Below, in pieces: positions 26,347 through 35,160 of a stretch of DNA of 64,000 nt; positions within the stretch are counted from its first letter, which is position 1, and each line of letters begins with the position of its first letter. Below the pieces are notes generated by a model. It was not told the DNA's origin, did no database searches, and saw nothing but the letters and a program-made list of their open reading frames with translations. Made by a program: the position numbers and the translations under genes. Origin of the DNA: an uncultured Sphaerobacteraceae bacterium (GTDB taxonomy: Bacteria > Chloroflexota > Chloroflexia > Thermomicrobiales > UBA6265); NCBI GenBank assembly GCA_964526965.1, contig CAZGML010000007.1, forward strand, positions 14,658-78,657, given 5' to 3'.

Positions 26347-27255
26347 CTATCTGTTCATTCGCGGATCGAGCACGTCGCGCAATCCGTCTCCAAGCATGTT
26401 GACACCAAGCACGAATACGGCAATGGCCATTCCGGGGAAGATGGTGATCCACGGAGCCTGGTACATATACATGCGGCCTGTGGCGAGAATTGCGCCCCAC
26501 TCCGGGCTTGGCGGTTGGGCACCGAGGCCGATAAAGCTGAGACCAGCACCGGTGAGTAACGCACCGCCAAAGCGCATGCTGCTGAGGATAATGAGCGGCG
26601 CCACCACGTTCGGCAGAATGTGTCGGGACATGATTCGTCCGCTGCCGATACCTACTGAGCGGGCAGCCTCCACATACACCTCCTGCCTGGCAGAGAGCAC
26701 CGATCCGCGCACGATACGTGCATAGGCGGGAATGGAAAGGAAGCCGAGTGAGAGGATGACCGTGTTCAGGCTGGGGCCAAGAATGGCTACCACCGCGATC
26801 ACGAAGAGGATATCCGGGAAGCTCATCCATATTTCGATAATTCGGCTGAGTACCGTATCTACGATTCCTCCGTAATACCCGCTGACAAGCCCAAGAACGA
26901 TGCCCCCAACGAAGGCGACCGAGACGGAAACGATGCCGATTTGCACCGCGATTCGCCCGCCATGAATGATGCGGCTGAAGATATCGCGGCCGAACTCATC
27001 GGTACCGAACCAGTACGTGGAGTTCGGGGAGGTGAAACGGTCTGGCGTGTTGACCAGAATCGGATCATTCGGGGCGATATATGGCCCGAAGATGGCGAGG
27101 AGCAACAGCAACAGCACCAGCGAGCCGCCTGCAATACAGAGCTTGTTTGTTTTGAACCGGTGCCAGTACATCTGGCGCGGGGATCGAGCGTTTTTATTCA
27201 ATCCGGTTGCGGAAATTGCCTGACTCATCCGTATCGAATCCTTGGATCTACCCAT
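26347..27255 (-). CDS. ABC transporter permease, peptide/nickel (DppC/OppC-like)
   Basis: 302 aa. VYVEAARSVGIGSGRIMSRHILPNVVAPLII loop. 31-nt overlap with the upstream permease gene. Confidence 0.93.
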   Translation of the reverse strand: MGRSKDSIRMSQAISATGLNKNARSPRQMYWHRFKTNKLCIAGGSLVLLLLLLAIFGPYIAPNDPILVNTPDRFTSPNSTYWFGTDEFGRDIFSRIIHGGRIAVQIGIVSVSVAFVGGIVLGLVSGYYGGIVDTVLSRIIEIWMSFPDILFVIAVVAILGPSLNTVILSLGFLSIPAYARIVRGSVLSARQEVYVEAARSVGIGSGRIMSRHILPNVVAPLIILSSMRFGGALLTGAGLSFIGLGAQPPSPEWGAILATGRMYMYQAPWITIFPGMAIAVFVLGVNMLGDGLRDVLDPRMNR

Positions 27256-28148
27256 GCATACGCGATATCAACCAACAGGTTGGCAAACACAAAGGCAATG
27301 GTCACCAGCAACACTGTGCCCTGCACTACGGGGAAGTCGCGCTGAAGAATGGAGTTCACCGCCAACTGCCCTACCCCGGGCCAACTGAAGATCACTTCTG
27401 TAATAAATGCACCACCGAGCAACGCACCGAACTGCAAACCGATAATGGTGAGCACCGGCAGCAAGGCGTTACGCAGCGCGTGAATGAGAATCACCTGGCG
27501 CTCGCGCAGGCCCTTGGCCCGGCTGGTTCGGATGTAATCCTGCCCCAGGCTCTCCAGCATGGCACTGCGGGTAAGGCGGCTCTTGGTGGCCACACTCTGG
27601 ATGGATAACGAGAGGATCGGCATCACGGCGTGCTTCCACGATCCGTCTCCGCTCACGGGTAACCATCCGAGGTTCACCGCGAATAACATGATCATGAGCA
27701 GGGCGATCCAGAAGCTCGGCAGGCTCAGGCCGGTGGTGGTTGCCACCAGCACACCCGTATCAACCCAGGTGCCGCGCTTAATTGCTGCCAGCGTTCCAGA
27801 GGCGATTCCCACGATTGAACTTAGGATCACAGCGCCGAGCGTGAGGATGATGGTGTTTGGCAAGCGTTCACCAATTTCAACCAGCACTTCCCGGTTCGTG
27901 CGGATGCTGGTTCCCAGGCTACCTTCAGTAAAGAGGCGTTCCAGGAAATGCCAATATTGCACGAAGAACGGATCGTTAAGGCCCATTTCCTCTCGCAGCG
28001 CTTCGAGAGCTGCCGGTGAAGCGGTCTCGCCAAGGATGGCCACAGCCGGGTCACCGGGAACGAATTGTGTCATAGCGGCTACAGCAATCGAGACACCGAA
28101 CATAACGATGACCGATTGCAGAACACGCTGAACTATATACCTGAGCAT
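27225..28148 (-). CDS. ABC transporter permease, peptide/nickel (DppB/OppB-like)
   Basis: 307 aa. MLRYIVQRVLQSVIVMFGVSI N-terminus. DYIRTSRAKGLRERQVILIHALRNALLPVLTI loop. Confidence 0.93.
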   Translation of the reverse strand: MLRYIVQRVLQSVIVMFGVSIAVAAMTQFVPGDPAVAILGETASPAALEALREEMGLNDPFFVQYWHFLERLFTEGSLGTSIRTNREVLVEIGERLPNTIILTLGAVILSSIVGIASGTLAAIKRGTWVDTGVLVATTTGLSLPSFWIALLMIMLFAVNLGWLPVSGDGSWKHAVMPILSLSIQSVATKSRLTRSAMLESLGQDYIRTSRAKGLRERQVILIHALRNALLPVLTIIGLQFGALLGGAFITEVIFSWPGVGQLAVNSILQRDFPVVQGTVLLVTIAFVFANLLVDIAYAWVDPRIRYG

Positions 28149-28182
28149 GGGTCTCCCACCCGAGCAGGGCCTATCCGAAATG

Positions 28183-28213
28183 CATCGCCGGGAGCTACCT
28201 TCTCCCGACGATG
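28183..28213 (-). other. Intercistronic hairpin between the binding-protein and permease genes
   Basis: CATCGCCGGGAG, loop ctacctt, CTCCCGACGATG (one C/A mismatch). Confidence 0.45.
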
Positions 28214-28227
28214 ACTAACTGCATCTA

Positions 28228-29895
28228 CTAGTCTTCGATTGTTGCGTCGTTCACCAGGAACCCGCCGGTTGGGAACACCTGCAACCCCTGAACGCGCTTG
28301 TTAACTGCCGTCTTGGTGATGGGCATGTAGAGCGGAATCCACGGGAGATCCTCCAGCAGGATTTCCTGCGCACGGTAGTAGACCTCCATGCGCTCTTCCT
28401 GGTCCATGGTCTGCTGGCCCTCGAGCAGCAGTTCATCAAATTCCGGATTCGAGTAGTGCACGCGGTTGGATGACTCCAGCCGATCGGTGCTCAGGAAGAG
28501 ATGAAGCACGTCCGGGTCGCTCCAGCCCCAGGTCAGCAGCAGCATGTCGTGCTCGCCACGCGGGGTGAAATCCAGCAGTGCTGCCAACTCCAGGGCATTG
28601 ATCTGCACATCTACGCCAATAAGCCGGTACTGCGCCTGCAGCAGGGTGGCAAGCTGGCCGAGCGTGGCGGATGTGTTGGTGTACAGCTCGGGCGCGAGCT
28701 TCTGGCCGTCCTTCTCGCGGATACCATCGTCGCCTTCAACCCAGCCGGCTTCATCCAGCAGGGCCTTGGCCGCCTCGATGTCGAACGCTGGCGACAGTTC
28801 TTCCAACTCTTCGTTGTAACCCGGTACGGATGGTGGCAGCGGCGTGGAAACCGGTTCGGCCAGCCCACCCTCGAAGAGTGTGGAGACGATTTCGTCGCGG
28901 TTGGTAGCGTGGGCAAGCGCCTTTCGGACACGCGGATCTTCCATCATAGGGCGAGTTCGGGTGAGACCGAGGTAGCCCATGGTGGTGTTGCGCGCAGAGA
29001 ATATCTCGTAGTTGTCGTCGTTTTCGAACCGCGGCAGGTCGGTGGCGGTGAGGTCGACAGCGTCGACTTCGCCGGTCTCCAGCGATGCAACCTGTGCAAA
29101 CGGCTCGGCAATTACGCGCCACTGCAGTCCTTCGAGGTGCGGCGCACCCTGGTTTTCAAAGTACTCCTCAGGCGTGGTGAAATCCTCAAACTTCGAGAGG
29201 GTGACGCTGGAACCGGTCTGCCATTCGCTGAACTGGAAGGAATTGGTACCAACCGGCTGCCGACCATAATCCTCACCCGCGGCTTCTACGGCGCTCTCGC
29301 TGAGCATGGCTCCGTAGCCACCGGCGAAGGAGTTGAAGAAGCCGGCGTTGGGTGCATCAAAGACAAGCTTGACGGTGAGCGGATCGATCACTTCCACGTT
29401 GATTGCCAGCGCGGCGTCGTAGATCGGGCTCTTGGCGCCGATTTCTTTCAGTCGCTCAATGGTGAACTTCACCGAATCGGCGTTGAACTCACTGCCATCG
29501 TGGAACGTGACGCCTTCACGAAGGTTGAATGTGATTTCGGTGTTGTCGTCGTTGATCTCCCAGTCTTCGGCCAGCAGTCCCTTGAACGAAAGATCAAGGT
29601 CCTGATAGACGAGTGCGCTGTAGATCTCGGTGAAAACGGTCCACGAAACGCTGTTGGACGTGATGTGCGGATCAAGCGTTTCCGGATCGGAAGCCAGCAC
29701 TTCGGTAAACACGCCGCTCATATCCTGCGCAGCGGCGATACCAGCAGGAACAGCCACTCCTGCGGCACCGAGCACTGCAGACATCGCCTTGGGGGTCATG
29801 CCCAGGGCAATACCGCGTTGCATGAATGTTCGGCGATCGATTTTACGATCCTGAACATCATCCAACAGGCTGCGCAAAGAATCATTCTGTGACAT
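28228..29895 (-). CDS. ABC transporter substrate-binding protein, family 5, Tat-type signal
   Basis: RBS GAGGAGAG. MSQNDSLRSLLDDVQDRKIDRRTFMQRGIALGM. Family-5 core is TFHDGSEFNADSVKFTIERL. Confidence 0.92.
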   Translation of the reverse strand: MSQNDSLRSLLDDVQDRKIDRRTFMQRGIALGMTPKAMSAVLGAAGVAVPAGIAAAQDMSGVFTEVLASDPETLDPHITSNSVSWTVFTEIYSALVYQDLDLSFKGLLAEDWEINDDNTEITFNLREGVTFHDGSEFNADSVKFTIERLKEIGAKSPIYDAALAINVEVIDPLTVKLVFDAPNAGFFNSFAGGYGAMLSESAVEAAGEDYGRQPVGTNSFQFSEWQTGSSVTLSKFEDFTTPEEYFENQGAPHLEGLQWRVIAEPFAQVASLETGEVDAVDLTATDLPRFENDDNYEIFSARNTTMGYLGLTRTRPMMEDPRVRKALAHATNRDEIVSTLFEGGLAEPVSTPLPPSVPGYNEELEELSPAFDIEAAKALLDEAGWVEGDDGIREKDGQKLAPELYTNTSATLGQLATLLQAQYRLIGVDVQINALELAALLDFTPRGEHDMLLLTWGWSDPDVLHLFLSTDRLESSNRVHYSNPEFDELLLEGQQTMDQEERMEVYYRAQEILLEDLPWIPLYMPITKTAVNKRVQGLQVFPTGGFLVNDATIED

Positions 29896-29912
29896 TGAGT
29901 TCTCTCCTCAAA

Positions 29913-29932
29913 ATACACACGCTTGTGTGTAT
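29913..29932 (-). promoter_or_regulatory. Perfect 8-bp hairpin/palindrome abutting the RBS of the binding-protein operon
   Basis: ATACACAC, loop gctt, GTGTGTAT. It ends about 5 nt from the GAGGAGAG RBS and 18 nt from the start codon at 29895. Confidence 0.4.
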
Positions 29933-30216
29933 ACAAACACTACGACCACGAACCCGTGCCTTTCGGTGCAGGTGCATGTGAAAGAATACTAGCAGCGACG
30001 CCCATTTGGTCAAACTGACTATGGAACATACAACACTATCCCCTGTTATTAACCGTAGCGTCGTTTCTTTCATTCCGACTATCAAAGGCACTGGCGTGAT
30101 GCATGGTATCAGCGCAGTCGTATCAGTGAGAGTCCTCAAATCGAATGATCGCGTGTTCATTTTCTCGATAGTGGCTCAATGCATATTTGATCATTAAGTT
30201 GGGTTGGCGCCGCGAA

Positions 30217-30242
30217 AGAACGCCGCAGTGCAGCGGCGTTCT
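30217..30242 (-). terminator. Intrinsic terminator after the third binding-protein gene
   Basis: AGAACGCCGC, loop agtgca, GCGGCGTTCT. On the minus strand it is followed by TTTCGCGG. Confidence 0.65.
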
Positions 30243-30270
30243 CTCGCATTTTGCCAACATTGCCGGCTGG

Positions 30271-31950
30271 CTAATCGCTCGCCAACATTGCGTCGTTCAT
30301 CAGCAGGCCACCAGTTGGGAACACATCCACACCGGTGAAGCGTGCATTCACGGCCGTTTTGCTAATCGGCATGTACAGAGCGACCCATGGGGAGTCACGA
30401 ATGATCACTTCCTGGGCGCGGTAGTAGACCTCCATACGCGCGTCCTGATCCAGTGTTTGCTGGCCTTCCACCAGAAGGGCATCGAGCTCATCGCTTGCGT
30501 AGTGCATGTGATTGGAGGTGCCAACGCGATCTCCGCTCAGGAAAATGTAGAGTGCGTCCGGATCGCTCCAGCCCCAGCTGAGCAGGAAGAGATCGTGCTC
30601 ACCGGTTGGAGAGAAATCGAGCAGTGCAGCGAGTTCGAGCTGGTTGATATCCACTTCCACACCGATTTTTGCAAGCTGACTTTGCACGAGCGTGGCCAAC
30701 TGACCCTGGGTGGGAGTGGAGGTGGTGTAGAGGCCCAGCGTAAACCGCTCGCCATCCTTCTCGCGAATGCCATCATCACCGGTTACCCAGCCGGCTTCAT
30801 TCAGCAGCGCGTTGGCGGCGTCCAGGTCCAGCGCGGGGACCTGATCTTCCAACGACTTGTCGTAGCCAGGTATGGATGGTGGCAACGGTGTGGATACGAC
30901 CTCTGCGAGCCCGCCCTCATACAGGGTGTTTACGATTTCATCACGATCGATAGCGTGCGCAATAGCCGTGCGAACATTGACATCCTGCAGGAACGGACGT
31001 GTGACGTTCATCCCCATATACCCCAGGGTTGTGCGGTTGGCGGAGAATATCTCGAAGTTCTCATCATTCTCGAACCGTGGGAGATCGGTGGCGGTGAGAT
31101 CGACAGCGTCGATTTCACCGGTCTCAAGGGAGGCAGTTTGGGCAAATGTTTCGGCGATGACATTGAAGTGCCGTTCATCGATATGCGGACGCCCACTGTT
31201 TTCGTAATAGCCGGGGGCGGCAACAAAATCATCGAATGCTGATAGCGTGACCGAAGAACCAGACGACCAGTCCTTCAACATGTAGGGACCGGTTCCGACC
31301 GGTGAACGCCCGTACTGGTCTCCCCCGGCCTCAACAGCTGTGGGTGAAAGCATTCCGCCATAGCCACCGGTGAACGCGTTGAAGAACGCGGCGTTTGGCG
31401 CATCGAAGATGAGCTTTACGGTGTACTCGTCGATAACTTCTGGAGTGATAGCAAGCGCCATCTCGTAGTTCGGGCTCTTGGCACCCATTTCTGCCAGCCG
31501 CTCGAACGAGAACTTCACTGCTTCGGCGTTGAACGGACTGCCATCGTGGAAGGTCACATCCTGCCGAAGGTTGAAGACTATTTCTGTGTTGTCTTCACTC
31601 GGTTCCCAGCTTTCGGCCAGTAGTCCCTTGTAGGAGAGGTCGAGGTCTTTATAGATCAGGCAACTGTAAATTTCGTTGAACACGGTATATGCGGCACTGT
31701 TGGCCGTATCCTGTGGATCCAGCGTTTCCGGATCGGAGTTCACTGCCTGCACAAACGCGGTCAGCGCTTCGTCCTGCCGGGCGGCGGTAGCCACTCCGGC
31801 GGGGACCGCAACACCGGCCGCGCCGAGGACAGCAGCCATCGCCCTGGCACTCATGCCAAGTGCAGCAGCGCGCGTGAGAAACGAGCGCCGATCAATTCGA
31901 CGCGCCTCAACATCATCCAGTAGATTCCGCAAAGTGTCCTTCTCCGACAT
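30271..31950 (-). CDS. ABC transporter substrate-binding protein, family 5, paralog of 28228-29895
   Basis: Start at the ATG at 31950 (GGAGGAAGAG upstream). MSEKDTLRNLLDDVEARRIDRRSFLTRAAALGM...AVLGAAGVAVPAG is near-identical in layout to the neighbouring binding protein. Monocistronic, with its own terminator. Confidence 0.92.
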   Translation of the reverse strand: MSEKDTLRNLLDDVEARRIDRRSFLTRAAALGMSARAMAAVLGAAGVAVPAGVATAARQDEALTAFVQAVNSDPETLDPQDTANSAAYTVFNEIYSCLIYKDLDLSYKGLLAESWEPSEDNTEIVFNLRQDVTFHDGSPFNAEAVKFSFERLAEMGAKSPNYEMALAITPEVIDEYTVKLIFDAPNAAFFNAFTGGYGGMLSPTAVEAGGDQYGRSPVGTGPYMLKDWSSGSSVTLSAFDDFVAAPGYYENSGRPHIDERHFNVIAETFAQTASLETGEIDAVDLTATDLPRFENDENFEIFSANRTTLGYMGMNVTRPFLQDVNVRTAIAHAIDRDEIVNTLYEGGLAEVVSTPLPPSIPGYDKSLEDQVPALDLDAANALLNEAGWVTGDDGIREKDGERFTLGLYTTSTPTQGQLATLVQSQLAKIGVEVDINQLELAALLDFSPTGEHDLFLLSWGWSDPDALYIFLSGDRVGTSNHMHYASDELDALLVEGQQTLDQDARMEVYYRAQEVIIRDSPWVALYMPISKTAVNARFTGVDVFPTGGLLMNDAMLASD

Positions 31951-32266
31951 GGATCTCTTCCTCCGACTCGTGCCGCCAAGGCGCACGGAAATTGCTCCCG
32001 TTCACGAAGCACATGGAAAAAAGACACGAATGCTTGCCCATGAAGGGATTGCGTGAATTATCAGGAAATCTCGATGGATTACCTTCCGACTCGGACCGAG
32101 TCGCATTCTTCGTGTCTGCCCTATCCTCTTCGACAAGGTTTGTTGAACATAACCACTGTATCAAAGAATTGGCTTTTGTGGACCAATTCGGCGGGATTAA
32201 GGTTTAGATATGAGATATATGCGCTATTACTGGCCAATTTCGGGATGTTTGCCCCGAGCCAACACA

Positions 32267-32304
32267 AAACCGGCCCAGGTACGACACTGTACCTGAGCCG
32301 GTTT
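32267..32304 (-). terminator. Intrinsic terminator after the YihY-like gene
   Basis: AAACCGGCCCAGGTAC, loop gacact, GTACCTGAGCCGGTTT (one mismatch). The minus-strand side is followed by TTTTGTGTTGG. Confidence 0.7.
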
Positions 32305-32326
32305 GAATGTTAACTACAGAACCCGG

Positions 32327-33241
32327 TTAAACGCTCTTGGGCTGGCGAACTTCCTTCTTGGTTTCCTGCACTTCGCCCTGCTGCACGTTGTCTTGTTCAG
32401 TCTCCGGGTGCGCCTTGTAGATGACAGCGTTGATTTCTGCACCAACCAGAAGCACTGCCGACGAGATGAAGAAGTAAAGCAAGAGGATGATGACACCGGC
32501 CAATGAGCCGTAGGTAGCGTTGTAGTTCCCGAAATTACTGATGTAGAACGAGAAGCCGAGCGTGGCCACTATCCACCCGATGACAGCCAGAACAGAGCCG
32601 GGTGTGAGGACGACGAAAGGCTGGTCGACATTCGGGAAGAAATAGTAAATCAGCGCGATTGCCAGAATCATCAGCAATATCGCGACCGGGATGCGCAGCC
32701 ATGTCCAGAGCGTGACAACGATGGCTCCAAGCCCGATTTGATCGGCCAACCATTCGATAGTCTGTGGACCAAGGAACATAAGCGCCAGCGAGGCGAGGAC
32801 GATCACTGCAAGACCGATGGTATAGAGCACGGACATCAGGTACTTCTTCACGATGCCTCGTTCCTCTTCAACGTCATAGGCAACGTTAAGCGCGTGCATT
32901 ACTGACCGCACTCCGCCCGCCGCCGACCAGATGGCGAGGAGAAGACCAAAGGAGAGCAAGCCACCGTTGGCACCCGATTGCACCTGTTCGAGGATATTCT
33001 CGATCTGGGAATACAGGTCAGGCGAAACAGCGTTACGTGCTTCCTCCAACAAGGAATCGAAGAAATTCTGCATACCAAAGGCGCTCAACAGTGTGAGCAA
33101 GAAAATGAGGAATGGGAAAATGGCAAGCAGGATTCGATAGGTGAGTGCCGCGGCATGGGTGTTCATGTCATCCGCAATAAAATCCTTCACCGCCTGCTTT
33201 ATCACACCTACCGGGCTCATGCCCTTAAATCCTGAAATCAT
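32327..33241 (-). CDS. YihY/BrkB (ribonuclease BN-like) family membrane protein
   Basis: Start at the ATG at 33241 (GGAGACG upstream). DMNTHAAALTYRILLAIFPFLIFLLTLLSAFG, YGSLAGVIILLLYFFISSAVLLVGAEINA. Confidence 0.85.
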   Translation of the reverse strand: MISGFKGMSPVGVIKQAVKDFIADDMNTHAAALTYRILLAIFPFLIFLLTLLSAFGMQNFFDSLLEEARNAVSPDLYSQIENILEQVQSGANGGLLSFGLLLAIWSAAGGVRSVMHALNVAYDVEEERGIVKKYLMSVLYTIGLAVIVLASLALMFLGPQTIEWLADQIGLGAIVVTLWTWLRIPVAILLMILAIALIYYFFPNVDQPFVVLTPGSVLAVIGWIVATLGFSFYISNFGNYNATYGSLAGVIILLLYFFISSAVLLVGAEINAVIYKAHPETEQDNVQQGEVQETKKEVRQPKSV

Positions 33242-33406
33242 CGTCTCCTGTCCCTTCTGCTCCCCGATCTTTTCGTTGGCCTCACGCAATCGGCCGGTCA
33301 CATAGTGCTCTTCATCGTGTCCAAACGAAATGCGGGCGAAGCCAAATGCATTGCCCGCATTTCGAGGGCGTGTACCGCCCTGCAATCGGTAAGTCGTACC
33401 GATTGT

Positions 33407-34024
33407 CTATTCTTGCTGAGCATCTCGTTGGGCCTGGGCAGCTTTATCTTCAAACGATCCCTCGCGTTGCTGCGCGGTATCGAGCTTCTCCGAGAAGCCT
33501 GGAAAGTTTTGATCCATTTTCTGCTTGAGTTGCTCGGTCACGCTGCCCATCAGGGCTGCTCCGGCGTTGGAGATAGTCTCTTCCAGTCCAGACTGCCGGG
33601 CCGCGCTGCGAAGGCTGTTGCCGATGCTGGCCGCAGTCGATTGGCCTCCATCGTGGCCACTCGTTCCTGGGCTGCTGGCGTAACCGGTTGAATAGCCACC
33701 CTGGTGTTGTCGGGAGTCGCTGGAGCCACCCAGCAAACCGCCGAGTACGAACCCGCCGATCATCGCTACACCAACGGAGAGCAGCGGGCGCTCTTGCACC
33801 TGGCGCTCGAAATCGAAGTCCTCGACCGCGTGTTTCACGGTTTCGACTGAATCGTCCACCATGGCCTGCGCTTCACCCCGCACCTGCGATGCGGTGTCTG
33901 TTACCTGCTGGCGCGTATCATCGACCTGCTGTTGAACCTGATTCTGAAGTTCGTCGATTTTCGCCCCGGCGTCTGCGCGCTGGGCGTCTATTTCTTCACG
34001 GAGTTGATCTGATGACTTGCCCAT
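33407..34024 (-). CDS. DUF3618-like membrane-anchored stress-cluster protein
   Basis: AAGGAGG RBS. MGKSSDQLREEIDAQRADAGAKIDELQNQVQQQVDDTRQQV helical N-terminus. One central TM segment (LLSVGVAMIGGFVLGGLLGG). The start overlaps the upstream gene by 37 nt. Confidence 0.7.
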   Translation of the reverse strand: MGKSSDQLREEIDAQRADAGAKIDELQNQVQQQVDDTRQQVTDTASQVRGEAQAMVDDSVETVKHAVEDFDFERQVQERPLLSVGVAMIGGFVLGGLLGGSSDSRQHQGGYSTGYASSPGTSGHDGGQSTAASIGNSLRSAARQSGLEETISNAGAALMGSVTEQLKQKMDQNFPGFSEKLDTAQQREGSFEDKAAQAQRDAQQE

Positions 34025-34440
34025 TCCTTATCCTCCTTGAGGGATTCGATGGTTTTATCGGGAACCAGGTTGGCCTTCTGGATTTGGTTCTTGCCTATGA
34101 CGCCGACAATAGCACCAATAATCAGCAAGGCAAGGCCAACGATTCCGGCTGATAACCACATTTCCAGGGATTTGTTGAGCAGATACGTAACCCCGAGCAT
34201 CAGGAAGATGAACCCCACCAGTGCGAGGAATGCGGCGCCGCCAATCATTCCCGCTCCCTGGCCGAGCTTGCTGACGTCTTCCTTAATCTCGGTTTTGGCG
34301 AGTTGAACTTCGCCGCGAACGATGTTCTGCACGTCCTCGATGACGCCGGTTACGGTATCACCCAAGGTGTTTGACCCCTGTCTGGCAGTACCGCCGTGTT
34401 GATCTGGCCCGTCAGTGGGGGGTATGCGTTCCTGATCCAT
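33988..34440 (-). CDS. Phage-holin-family (Holin-X / YqjE-like) two-TM membrane protein
   Basis: IVRGEVQLAKTEIKEDVSKLGQGAGMIGGAAFLALVGFIFLMLGVTYLL...WLSAGIVGLALLIIGAIVGVIG matches the Holin-X/YqjE layout as I remember it. Confidence 0.7.
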   Translation of the reverse strand: MDQERIPPTDGPDQHGGTARQGSNTLGDTVTGVIEDVQNIVRGEVQLAKTEIKEDVSKLGQGAGMIGGAAFLALVGFIFLMLGVTYLLNKSLEMWLSAGIVGLALLIIGAIVGVIGKNQIQKANLVPDKTIESLKEDKEWASHQINSVKK

Positions 34441-34469
34441 AAGTACCTCTCCTCTGGCAAGAAGCGTTA

Positions 34470-34973
34470 CTACTTCATTGCCTTGGCAAGTACAAATCCG
34501 ACACCGGCAGCGATCAGGATTGACTGGGTTGGGTTCTTGCGAATGTAGGCTTCAACCTGGTCCATCATCTCGCCGGTACTGGTGTCATGGAGATAGGATC
34601 CAGCGGTTTCCATAGCATCGGCAGCGGTGCCCGCTGCTTGTCCCATGGTTCCGCCCTGCTGACCGCCACGCTCCCGGAGCATCTCGGCTCCGCGATCCAT
34701 GGCGTCGGCGGCCTTATCCATGCTTTCGTCAGTTCGCTGCTGGGCCTTATCGGTCATCTCTTCGGCGCGCTGCTTGCCCTTATCCATTTTGGATTGGGCC
34801 TGGTTGGCCATGTCGTCGGCTTTGTCGAGACCGTCGTACATCTTGTCCTTTGCCTTTTGTTGAGCCTGGCTTTGTTGAGCCTGGTCCTTTTCACTTTGCG
34901 TGTTGGCTTCGTGTGGCGGTACGCGGGAGCCGCCCAGGTTGGTCTTGCCGTGGTTCGGGTTGTAGTCGCTCAT
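34470..34973 (-). CDS. DUF883 (ElaB/YqjD-like) C-tail-anchored stress protein
   Basis: Gln/Lys/Asp-rich helical repeats. C-terminus VEAYIRKNPTQSILIAAGVGFVLAKAMK resembles the ElaB/YqjD tail anchor. Confidence 0.75.
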   Translation of the reverse strand: MSDYNPNHGKTNLGGSRVPPHEANTQSEKDQAQQSQAQQKAKDKMYDGLDKADDMANQAQSKMDKGKQRAEEMTDKAQQRTDESMDKAADAMDRGAEMLRERGGQQGGTMGQAAGTAADAMETAGSYLHDTSTGEMMDQVEAYIRKNPTQSILIAAGVGFVLAKAMK

Positions 34974-35160
34974 AGAAAGTACTCCTTTGCTCTAAACGCA
35001 ACGATCAAAAATCGAAACAGAGATAACGTCGCCGCGTTAAGTCTGGAAACACCTATGCAACCTGCATGCCACAACCACGAAAAGGGTGAGTTGAAGGGAA
35101 AATTCTATTTGGTTTAGGGAAATAGCCTTGCTTGTTTAAGTGAGCGTTGAAGGGGGCGAC

